DNA from: Calditrichia bacterium
GTDB taxonomy: Bacteria > Calditrichota > Calditrichia > RBG-13-44-9
DNA: 57,856 nt
Direction of reading: 5' to 3'
NCBI GenBank assembly: GCA_037381445.1
Contig: JARRQT010000001.1
Location: 19,567-77,422 of the forward strand
Each line of letters begins with the position of its first letter. The stretch's first letter is position 1. This document shows positions 47,489-55,563 of the stretch, in pieces. The notes under the pieces were generated by a model. That model made no database searches, had not been told where the DNA came from, and saw only the letters and a program-made list of their open reading frames with translations. Made by a program: the position numbers and the translations under genes.

Positions 47489-47680
47489 GATAGAATTACC
47501 TAAGAATTTATAATCTCAATATTAATAGACTATTTTACTTTTTGAAGTATTGACAATTGAATATCACAAGATGCGGCTGATCGACTTTCCTGATATGCCT
47601 ACAGGCTCCAAATATGAGATAGTTTTTTGGGTGCGTTTTACACTTCGGAAAATATTTATTATTCTCATTTCCAATATCAT

Positions 47681-48931
47681 CTAATTATCTTTATCCTGGG
47701 ACAACACCTTATGAAAAACAGAGGCAAGTTTCCTAGTCAAATTTCTCCTGTCAAATTTTCGAATCATGGCATGATTTGGCAAGAAGTCACTGTTTTTGCT
47801 ATTCTCCGCAAAATCCAGAATAATCTCAGCAATTCTGTCCGTCTTCTCAGGAGATACCACGATCCCTGTATTAGTCTCTCTGATGATTTTTGCACAATCT
47901 CCGTTTTCAGGCACAATTGCTAATATTTTTTTCCCTGAGTTGATATATTCAAATGTCTTGGCTGGAATCCAGCCTCGGAATGATTCGTCGGAGAGTATCA
48001 ATAACAAATAATCACTTTCCCGGTTGTATTTTAATGCTTCATCGTGAGAGCAGTAATCAATTATTGTTATATATTTTTCAAGGCCCAATTTCTGAATTTC
48101 TTTCCTGTCTTGTGAAATCAGTCCCCCTACAAAACGAAACTCTACATCGTGCAATCTGGCCCTGACTGTTGCTAATGCGTTTATCAGAGGACGTGCGTTA
48201 TACTCGCCATAAAACCTTCCAATATGCGAAAAAATGATTTTGCTGTTTTCTTCAGTAACTTTAGTCGCCGATTTGAAATCGTCAGGATCAAATCCATTGG
48301 TAATAATTTCTATTTTTCTGGAATCAGCTTCAAACTCATTCTCATATTTTTTGCCATTGAAACTGGTATTTGCAATAATAAAATCGGCTTCTGACAGAAT
48401 GTGTTTTTCGAATTTAAAACATTTATTGAATAAATTTGGGCTCTTTGTTTCATAATTATATGTTAATGGATCTCTGAAGTCCGCGACAACAGGAATTCTA
48501 AACATTTTCTTGATCCAGGGGCCCAAAATCTGGATAGAATGTGGAGGAGATGAAATGAATACCAGATCTATTTTGTCATGTTTCATAATATGCCGGATTT
48601 TTCTTTTTGCCCAAAAGAGCCATTCCCGCTGATAATCCGGAAAAATGAGCTGCCGGCCAATCCAATACACAATCCTATTTAATTTAAATCCATATAGGAT
48701 TTTAAAGAGCCAATTCAGATCCAAGATAAAAGTTTGATAGACTCGAACATTTTGAGGAACTTCCCCCATTAGACCAAAATCTTTCACATATCTTACCAGA
48801 TTAGGATTGGGCATTAATACAATGGGTTGAAAGCCAAAAGAAGGCAGATATTTCACAAATTTAAGCGTCCGCTGAACCCCGGCCCCTCCAATTGGTGGAA
48901 AATAATAGGCTATTATTAAAACATTCTTCAT
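47681..48931 (-). CDS. Glycosyltransferase (GT-B, GT4-like), paralog of 49762-51090
   Basis: N-terminus MKNVLIIAYYFPPIGGAGVQRTLKFVKYLPSFGFQPIVL aligns with that of the 442-aa GT. Start set at ATG 48931, in ATGA overlap with the methyltransferase stop. Confidence 0.8.
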   Translation of the reverse strand: MKNVLIIAYYFPPIGGAGVQRTLKFVKYLPSFGFQPIVLMPNPNLVRYVKDFGLMGEVPQNVRVYQTFILDLNWLFKILYGFKLNRIVYWIGRQLIFPDYQREWLFWAKRKIRHIMKHDKIDLVFISSPPHSIQILGPWIKKMFRIPVVADFRDPLTYNYETKSPNLFNKCFKFEKHILSEADFIIANTSFNGKKYENEFEADSRKIEIITNGFDPDDFKSATKVTEENSKIIFSHIGRFYGEYNARPLINALATVRARLHDVEFRFVGGLISQDRKEIQKLGLEKYITIIDYCSHDEALKYNRESDYLLLILSDESFRGWIPAKTFEYINSGKKILAIVPENGDCAKIIRETNTGIVVSPEKTDRIAEIILDFAENSKNSDFLPNHAMIRKFDRRNLTRKLASVFHKVLSQDKDN

Positions 48932-49692
48932 ACCAGTCCTTTTCTTCTGAAAAGCATAAATAGCCAATAGGGTTTTTGACGGGAGAAAACAATGTTTAGG
49001 GCGTTGCAGGTTTTAGAAATCAGATTTCCACTTAAATTAGTAAATACGCTATTACCGCAGTTCGGACAGACAGTATATTTTGTTGCCGGAAACCATCTCT
49101 TTCCCAGATTGTGACGTATATGTAGCAAGACTTTATTATACTCTCTTACGGAGGGGCCTAGCGTTTTATTGAGAAGAAGTTCAAAATCAGCCCCTACCAT
49201 CTTTATGATATCCTCATCTTTAAAAGAATGCAGATGTCCATAGGAATGAAAAATATGGTCGCATTTCGGACACTTAATAGAATTCCGTTCAAGAATTTCA
49301 TTATTGGGAATTGTAATAAAAATATATCTCTTTGCAATTCGCTGAAATTCACGAATGGTTCTATGTAATAATTCCGTCGGGAGATGTTCGAGTAATTCAC
49401 TGGAAAAGATCATATCAAATGATTGATTTTTAACCGGCATCTGGTCAGAGGACCCTTGAATTTTTTTGCCCAGCACAAAACGAAGTGCTTCTAATGAATA
49501 GTCAATGCCTGTAATTTGGTATCTTTCTGGAAATGCATTGCTTAAAATGCCATTTCCACATCCCACATCAAGTATGGTCCGGACATCTTCCGGCATAAAA
49601 TCAAGAACCAGATTTACTCTTTTCGCGAGTAATTCAGAGGGATCATAATTTCTCCATAGTTCAGGGTTTTGAAATATTTTTTTGTTATACAT
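48928..49692 (-). CDS. Class I SAM-dependent methyltransferase with two CxxC pairs (Zn-ribbon-like)
   Basis: SAM motif I ILDVGCGNG, followed by FDMIFSSELLEHL. Also CPKCDH and CPNCGN. Confidence 0.8.
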   Translation of the reverse strand: MYNKKIFQNPELWRNYDPSELLAKRVNLVLDFMPEDVRTILDVGCGNGILSNAFPERYQITGIDYSLEALRFVLGKKIQGSSDQMPVKNQSFDMIFSSELLEHLPTELLHRTIREFQRIAKRYIFITIPNNEILERNSIKCPKCDHIFHSYGHLHSFKDEDIIKMVGADFELLLNKTLGPSVREYNKVLLHIRHNLGKRWFPATKYTVCPNCGNSVFTNLSGNLISKTCNALNIVFSRQKPYWLFMLFRRKGLV

Positions 49693-49761
49693 TCAATTGT
49701 CCCACGAATTCTATAATGTATATCTAAAGTAACTCTGGCCACAATAATATATTAATTATTA

Positions 49762-51090
49762 CTAATGGGATTTTCCCTCTTGAATTAAATCTGCGAAAAT
49801 GGTGGCTAAGTTCCGGGTCAGTTCATGTCGATTAAAACCAGTAATACGAAAATCATTTGTCCCGGGTGCAGGTTTTTCTTCCTGCCAATTTTTTAAAATA
49901 GTCATTAATGTTTTCCTAATCTCATCTGTGCTTCCATAGTCCACAATTCGGCCATTGCCAAACTCATCGAGCAGCCCAGCTACTTCTCCGTCTCTTTGTC
50001 CAAATGCTAGAATATATTTCCCCAAACGCATGTATTCAAAAATTTTCCCTGTCACAATGCGTTTGGAATTGGGAGATTGATTGATTAACAAAAGCAAAGC
50101 CGAGGCAGCTAGACCCATTTCCAACGCCTTCCTATGAGGAACATATTTGATAAAATCAACATAATCTTTTATTCCCTGCCGGGAAATTTCATCCTGAACA
50201 GGTCTCTCGACCAATCCCACGAAGACAAGTTTGAAGGTTTCGGGTGAGATGATTTTTTCTTCAGCAAGCTCCCGGATGGCTTGGAATAAATTCCTGGGAT
50301 TTCTTTCCCTGTTCACTGCCCCCAAATGCATAAGCGTGAATTGTTCGTCCGGATTGTCGGGTTGTCTCAGATGTGTGAAATCTTCCTCGTCATAACCGTT
50401 GGGGAGATATATGCGTCGTTCTTTATCAACACGATCAGCAAAATAATAATCAGCGTCTAATTTGCTGATAAGCATTACGCGGTCTGCAGAATTTAGCACT
50501 TTGTCTTCCAACCGGCGATCTAATTGTCTTCCCATTGATGAACGAGCCGATTCATCATAATAATTTATCTCGGTCCAGGGATCTCTAAAATCCGCCACCC
50601 ATTTCAAATTGTTCTTTTTCGCCAGACTTCTGGCGATAAGATGAACCGTGGGCGGGGGTGAAGAAGAAAAAATAATATCCGGCTTTTCCATCATAATAAT
50701 TTTTTGCCCGGTGCGGACGGCAAAGGGGAACCAGCCGATTTTTGCATCGGGAATGAAAAGATTAAGCCGTACCCAGCGAGCCATTTTCTGCTTCCAGTTT
50801 GCTGGATTTTCTGCAAGAATGCCGGTTTGAATCTTATCTGTTGGCTTCATTCCCACAAATCTTTTATAGATCAGGTTGGGTTCCAGTATCTCGGTTTTAT
50901 AAATCCTGATATTTTCCGGTATCTCTCCAAGCAGACTCTCATCAACCGCCGGGTACTCCCCGTTCTTTACCGTCAGTATGATCGGTTCCCACCCGAATAC
51001 CGGCAGATACTTGGCAAACTTAAGTACCCGCTGGACACCCGGTCCGCCTGCTGGCGGCCAATAGTATGTTATGATTAATACTTTTTTCAC
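49762..51090 (-). CDS. Glycosyltransferase (GT-B, GT4-like)
   Basis: MKKVLIITYYWPPAGGPGVQRVLKFAKYLPVFGWEPIIL; WVADFRDPW; C-terminal GT-B half. Confidence 0.8.
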   Translation of the reverse strand: MKKVLIITYYWPPAGGPGVQRVLKFAKYLPVFGWEPIILTVKNGEYPAVDESLLGEIPENIRIYKTEILEPNLIYKRFVGMKPTDKIQTGILAENPANWKQKMARWVRLNLFIPDAKIGWFPFAVRTGQKIIMMEKPDIIFSSSPPPTVHLIARSLAKKNNLKWVADFRDPWTEINYYDESARSSMGRQLDRRLEDKVLNSADRVMLISKLDADYYFADRVDKERRIYLPNGYDEEDFTHLRQPDNPDEQFTLMHLGAVNRERNPRNLFQAIRELAEEKIISPETFKLVFVGLVERPVQDEISRQGIKDYVDFIKYVPHRKALEMGLAASALLLLINQSPNSKRIVTGKIFEYMRLGKYILAFGQRDGEVAGLLDEFGNGRIVDYGSTDEIRKTLMTILKNWQEEKPAPGTNDFRITGFNRHELTRNLATIFADLIQEGKSH

Positions 51091-51165
51091 TAAAATTCTT
51101 TTCTTTTTTTCGAGATCAACAATCCAAAGTTAAAAACCAAACCGGATATTTTAAAAACCAAGCAC

Positions 51166-51203
51166 ATAAAAAATTTCCCAGTTTCAAGTTACTGGTAAAC
51201 CGG
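51166..51203 (-). terminator. Terminator candidate after the tonB-like gene
   Basis: On the minus strand, CCCGGTTT-12 nt-AAACTGGG (one G-U pair; alternative inner stem CCAGT/ACTGG) followed by AAATTTTTTAT. Confidence 0.4.
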
Positions 51204-51243
51204 GAGAATTTCTGATCTGTCACCTAATTTTTATGAGCGAATT

Positions 51244-52038
51244 TTACTTCAATTTAAAATGAAAAGTAATTACTCCGGTTTGGGATGTTTGTTCAACATA
51301 ATCAGGTAATGGATTAAAACGCCAGGTCTTGAATGCCTCCAGGGTTAAATTTTCCAGTTTGGTGTCGCCCTTCTGCAGCAGCACGGCGGACCCAATCAGA
51401 CCATTTGGGAGCACAGCAAACCGGATTTTAATCGTTGCTTCGCGCTGCACATCAGGCGGAAATTCCGGAAGACGCTGCTGATAGATCTCGCGCTTAATTT
51501 CTCCCTCCCAATCAATTTCAAATTGCCGATCCGGATTGATCTGGACTTTTTGAGTGCCCTGCAACAATTTATCATCCAGCTGCTTATGGAAAAGCCCCTT
51601 GTCCATCTGCTTTTCCTGACGGCTGAAGGTCGTAACCGGATTTTGAGATTTAGCCAAGGGCGGCATCGTGGTCAGCGATTTTTTGACAACGTCGCCCGGG
51701 TTTGAAAATTTTTCCGTTTCCGGTTGAAGTTTTTCCTGGATTTCTTCCTCGTTCAAAGCCAGTTGCCGTCTTTCCGGAAGCTCAATCTCTTCGGGCAGCT
51801 TTGGCGCCGACTCATCAATTGCTGTCTCTTCTTTTGCGGGGGCATCCGGTGTCTGCAAAGGTTCCTCCAAAGATGGCGCTTCCCAGCCGCCTGCAAAAGT
51901 GACTTCGGTAAATTCCTCCACCACCGGGCGGAAATTTATGTGAATCAGCATTAGTCCCAGCACAACCAAACCGTGCAAAAGAATTGTGCCGGTGAAAGAA
52001 ATCACCTTTTCATCTTCTAAAAGTCTTTTGATCATCAA
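51244..52038 (-). CDS. tonB: TonB-family energy transducer (TonB/TolA-like)
   Basis: N-terminal TM (ILLHGLVVLGLMLI). P/E-rich linker (PLQTPDAPAKEETAIDESAPKLPEEIELPE). C-terminal TonB_C-like ..ATIKIRFAVLPNG.I....L...GD..L....LEAFK.WRFNP. Confidence 0.75.
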   Translation of the reverse strand: MMIKRLLEDEKVISFTGTILLHGLVVLGLMLIHINFRPVVEEFTEVTFAGGWEAPSLEEPLQTPDAPAKEETAIDESAPKLPEEIELPERRQLALNEEEIQEKLQPETEKFSNPGDVVKKSLTTMPPLAKSQNPVTTFSRQEKQMDKGLFHKQLDDKLLQGTQKVQINPDRQFEIDWEGEIKREIYQQRLPEFPPDVQREATIKIRFAVLPNGLIGSAVLLQKGDTKLENLTLEAFKTWRFNPLPDYVEQTSQTGVITFHFKLK

Positions 52039-52146
52039 TGTTCTGTCAGTTATTTTCCTTAAACCTAGCTGTTTTTAAAAACGATGTACTTTGGAAAAAT
52101 TTCCACTGATTTTAAATTTTCAAAACTACCTTGCATAAAGATCCGG

Positions 52147-52557
52147 CTATTGTTCCGCTTTTATGGGTTGAGTCCCTATTAAAAACTTCTCGGCGCCAGC
52201 CGCCTTGCAGATATCCATTACCTGGACTGCCAGATCCAGCTTGACATCTTTGTCAGCCCGAATGACTACCACCTGTTTCTCTCCGCTGACCAGAAAGCGG
52301 CGAAGCTCAGCTCCCAGTTTTCCCAATGCAATCTGATTATCGTTCAAATAGATGGAGCCGCTCCGCGTAATCGTCACGTAGATGCTCTTCTCGCTGTGAA
52401 CCGCGCCAGTTTGGGTCCGAGGAAGCTGGACTTTAATTCCCGGCTGTATGATGAAGGAAGAGGATAGCAGAAAGAAAATCAATAATAAAAGCACGATATC
52501 GGTCAGCGAAGAGAAACTGAACGTGCTTAAAAATTTACTTTCCATTTCAAATTTCAT
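52147..52557 (-). CDS. exbD: ExbD/TolR family biopolymer transport protein
   Basis: 136 aa. ..SLTDIVLLLLIFFLL.. TM followed by a periplasmic domain (I.I.ADKDV....V.VMD....AG). An alternative start at MESKF (52545) would remove the 11-nt overlap. Confidence 0.85.
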   Translation of the reverse strand: MKFEMESKFLSTFSFSSLTDIVLLLLIFFLLSSSFIIQPGIKVQLPRTQTGAVHSEKSIYVTITRSGSIYLNDNQIALGKLGAELRRFLVSGEKQVVVIRADKDVKLDLAVQVMDICKAAGAEKFLIGTQPIKAEQ

Positions 52558-53188
52558 TTATTTTCTCCTCGGCCTTGGCGTTGCCGGACAGCACCTCCAG
52601 CAGGTTTGTGGAACCTACTTCCATTTCGAAGACCAGACGCTGTACTTTTGTGACCAGATAATTGTACCCCAGCAGGGTCAGAATACCAACCAGCAGACCG
52701 GCCGCGGTAGTGATGAGGGCTTCCCAGATACCTCCGGCCAGCACGGTGGAGTTTACATTGCCTCCCAATTCCTGAATCCTCATAAAGGCCTGAATCATAC
52801 CGGTGACGGTTCCCAGAAATCCGGTGAGCGGCGCCACGCCGGAAATTGTGGCAAGCGCTCCGAATCCTTTCTCAAGCTGGTAGATTTCGGCGCGGCCAGC
52901 ACTCTCGATGGAATCTTTGATCTCTTCGCGGTCCTGATTGTGCAGACGGATTCCTTTTTCAAGCACCTTGGAAATGGGGCCGGGTGTGCGGGAACACAGG
53001 ATGAGGGCATTTTCGTAGTCTCTTTTTCCTACATACTGGCGGATTTTAATCAGAAAAGCGTTCAGATTTATTTTTGCTTTTCTCAGCACCATGATGCGCT
53101 CGATAAAGATTCCGAGCGCTATCAAAGAAAAAATGCCTATGAAAATCATGAGCCAACCACCCTTGGCCAGCACGGAAAACATATTCAT
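52547..53188 (-). CDS. exbB: MotA/TolQ/ExbB proton-channel protein
   Basis: Three TM helices. ..ISGVAPLTGFLGTVTGMIQAF.. and ..ALITTAAGLLVGI... Strong SD AAGGAGGAG. Confidence 0.88.
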   Translation of the reverse strand: MNMFSVLAKGGWLMIFIGIFSLIALGIFIERIMVLRKAKINLNAFLIKIRQYVGKRDYENALILCSRTPGPISKVLEKGIRLHNQDREEIKDSIESAGRAEIYQLEKGFGALATISGVAPLTGFLGTVTGMIQAFMRIQELGGNVNSTVLAGGIWEALITTAAGLLVGILTLLGYNYLVTKVQRLVFEMEVGSTNLLEVLSGNAKAEEKINEI

Positions 53189-53329
53189 AACTCCTCCTTA
53201 AAAAACTCTTTTAGCACTGCTCTTATCTGTAAAATCTATAATTTGGTCACCCCGACTCAGAACACTCCTAAATAAAGATAATGTTTGTCCTGACGCAACA
53301 AGAATGCTTATAATATTCCAAAATCAAAA

Positions 53330-55087
53330 TCAATAGAGTTGCATCCGCAATCCGGCATAGGTGTTTAACCCAGGTGCCTGGAAACCTTTCCAAATTTCAT
53401 ATTTCCTGCCCAGTAGGTTGCGTCCTTCAAGGTAGAATTCTATTTTAGGAGTGAACATCAGGCCCAGACGTGCATTGAGCAACAGGTAATCATTGAGTTT
53501 GATCTTGTTTTGCAGGTCATTATACCGGGAACCGACATAATCGGTCATCAAAGCTATTTCATGCATCCTATAGAAATTCCAGCCGATCTTCGCATCGAAA
53601 TTAAGATCCGGCAAATAGGGAACTTTTTTCCCAATCACGACTGCGTTTGAATATTTCTGAATTTCACTGTTTCTCGCGGTCAGCCATCCGGAGACATGCA
53701 ATTTTTTGACGATGTCCCAGCGGAATTTGGTTTGAACTTCCCGCAGCTCAATTTCATCCAAAGTTCCGTATACCCAGCCCGGGTAACCTTTTGGGGGAAA
53801 AACGGCCTGCAAGGAATCGGCAGTTGCGACCGGCGCCAGGTAATTATCAGCGCGCGAAATATTTCCTGATAAGCCAAAGCTTAATTTTCCCGAAACATTG
53901 ATCTCCAGTGAAGACTCCAGCCGCGACTTGTAATTCGTTATCCTCATCTGCGATATATCGCTGAAAGGAAGGCTCTTTACCATATCGCGCAGTGTGAAGA
54001 CTTCGGCGCCCGGACGATAGCCGATGGTGAAAGATCCCCATCCGCTCAAACCGATGGCCACCGAAGCCTGCGGGTACGTATAGGTTTTGTTCTCTTTGAA
54101 TACCCATTGATGCGAAATATTTTCTTCACTGCGCTGATAGAGTATTCCGATATTCCCGGTAAATATTTGCCATTGCTGCTGGAAAAGAACCAGCCCGTTC
54201 AGCAGGCTTCCTTCGTACTCCCTTAAGCTGAGCGAGTCACTCCTCAAATGATCAAGGTTGCCGTTTGTGACCGATAGCTTCGACTTTCTATAGGTTGCTT
54301 TCGCCTCAATTCGGGTCTGGTTAAAATCGAAACTGGCAGATCCTTTTAAATTTGCTCCCTGGTCCTTGTAATGGAAAGCGCTTTTTTGGGAGTCGAAAAT
54401 ATATGAACCATCCAGCCTGGTGGTAAATCTTTTGCTCCACTGCTGATTTAAATTGGCGAAGGTATTCCACAACGTATGCTGGGCGGACCAATCAGTTTTG
54501 AATTTCTGGTAATCGCCCCAGATTCCCTGTTTCCGGAAATCATAGTCGGTGCCGGCAGTGAATATTTGCCCTTTTGCGAGCTGCTGATGAAAACCTGCCC
54601 GGAGTCCGGTAGATCGCCACTGGGCGTTATCCAAATGCCCGTCGCTGCGAGCCCAGTCCGCAGATATATAAAGGGTGGTGCGCCGTGTTTGAAACTGGGT
54701 ATTGATGTCGAGTCCGATGGTGTTGTAGGATCCATAGTAAATTCCGGAATTCATCCAGGGGGATTCATAGAGCTCAAAAAGAGAAGGCTTAATTCGGCTA
54801 AATTGAAAACTGACCGACGGCGGCTCTTTTTGCATGATTTCCGGATTCTCAACCCAGCGAAGCTTCACATTTTTAAATATCTGCTGCCGGATTTTATGGG
54901 GCAGTGTGACCTTGGCCAGTCCTACGATGGTATATTCTTTTAGCTTGATTTCAGGCAACTGCTTGGATTCAAAAGTTGCGGGCGCTGCCTTCCCCGACGT
55001 CGTATCGCTGGTTGCTGGCGTCTGTGCCCATGCCGCGGCTACATACAGTAAACCCCAAAATACATACCAAGTCGCTTTCTTTTTCAT
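53330..55087 (-). CDS. Outer-membrane beta-barrel protein, TonB-dependent-receptor-like barrel with no recognisable plug
   Basis: Signal peptide (AAAWA|QT). Alternating-polarity strands throughout. The C-terminus ..YLEGRNLLGRKYEIWKGFQAPGLNTYAGLRMQLY resembles TBDR C-termini. No Plug-type motifs seen in the first ~150 residues. ATGA overlap with the TPR gene. Confidence 0.65.
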   Translation of the reverse strand: MKKKATWYVFWGLLYVAAAWAQTPATSDTTSGKAAPATFESKQLPEIKLKEYTIVGLAKVTLPHKIRQQIFKNVKLRWVENPEIMQKEPPSVSFQFSRIKPSLFELYESPWMNSGIYYGSYNTIGLDINTQFQTRRTTLYISADWARSDGHLDNAQWRSTGLRAGFHQQLAKGQIFTAGTDYDFRKQGIWGDYQKFKTDWSAQHTLWNTFANLNQQWSKRFTTRLDGSYIFDSQKSAFHYKDQGANLKGSASFDFNQTRIEAKATYRKSKLSVTNGNLDHLRSDSLSLREYEGSLLNGLVLFQQQWQIFTGNIGILYQRSEENISHQWVFKENKTYTYPQASVAIGLSGWGSFTIGYRPGAEVFTLRDMVKSLPFSDISQMRITNYKSRLESSLEINVSGKLSFGLSGNISRADNYLAPVATADSLQAVFPPKGYPGWVYGTLDEIELREVQTKFRWDIVKKLHVSGWLTARNSEIQKYSNAVVIGKKVPYLPDLNFDAKIGWNFYRMHEIALMTDYVGSRYNDLQNKIKLNDYLLLNARLGLMFTPKIEFYLEGRNLLGRKYEIWKGFQAPGLNTYAGLRMQLY

Positions 55088-55563
55088 AACGCAGCCAGCC
55101 GTTCTTTTGCTTTATCACTGATCTTTTCCGTAGGGAATTTATCAACAATTTCCTGATATACCTTTTTGGCTTCTGCCGGCTGTCCCAGTTTTTCATATGT
55201 GTTGCCGGCAGCGTAGAGAGCCCTGGCCACCCAACCGGGATACGCCTGATACACATATTTCACGCGCAGGTAACTGGTGAGCGCTTCATTATAATTGCCG
55301 GCGTTAAAATAGACATCCCCCAAAACCTTTTGAGCTTCGGCAGCCAATTCATCATTGCGATCCTTAATAACCTGGTTCAGAAGATTTTGAGCGTCTTCGA
55401 TTTTTTTCTGGTCGGAATAAATCCTGGCCAGTTCGATGCGGGACCCGGGAACTCCCCGATAGGATCCTGCCGAAATAGTTAAGGGATTTATCCAGTTCGC
55501 CGTTTTGACGATACTGGATTGCCAGTTGAAACATTGCGTCCGGGGCAACATCGCTGTCGCCAT
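55084..55563 (-). CDS. C-terminal segment of the giant TPR protein (frame-shifted relative to 55364-57856)
   Basis: Only the part downstream of about 55470 reads as TPR (..RIELARIYSDQKKIEDAQNLLNQVI..GDVYFNAGNYNEALTSY..AGNTYEKLGQPAEAKKVYQEIV). The first ~30 codons of the track ORF look non-native. Confidence 0.6.
   Translation of the reverse strand: MATAMLPRTQCFNWQSSIVKTANWINPLTISAGSYRGVPGSRIELARIYSDQKKIEDAQNLLNQVIKDRNDELAAEAQKVLGDVYFNAGNYNEALTSYLRVKYVYQAYPGWVARALYAAGNTYEKLGQPAEAKKVYQEIVDKFPTEKISDKAKERLAAL

Noticed and set aside
53211-53219. TTAGCACTG, a CIRCE-like half-site just upstream of exbB
   Set aside because: No complementary GAGTGCTAA half lies 9 nt away on either side. It is a single half-site and likely chance.
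52448-53275. 275-aa plus-strand ORF across exbB/exbD
   Set aside because: Antisense shadow, codon-aligned with exbB. ExbB and ExbD are unambiguous on the minus strand.
55084-55563. Treating the 159-aa ORF as an independent gene starting at MATAM (55563)
   Set aside because: That would overlap the upstream TPR ORF by 200 nt, and its first ~30 residues are non-TPR nonsense. A single frameshift near 55445-55480 joins the two into one sensible repeat protein.
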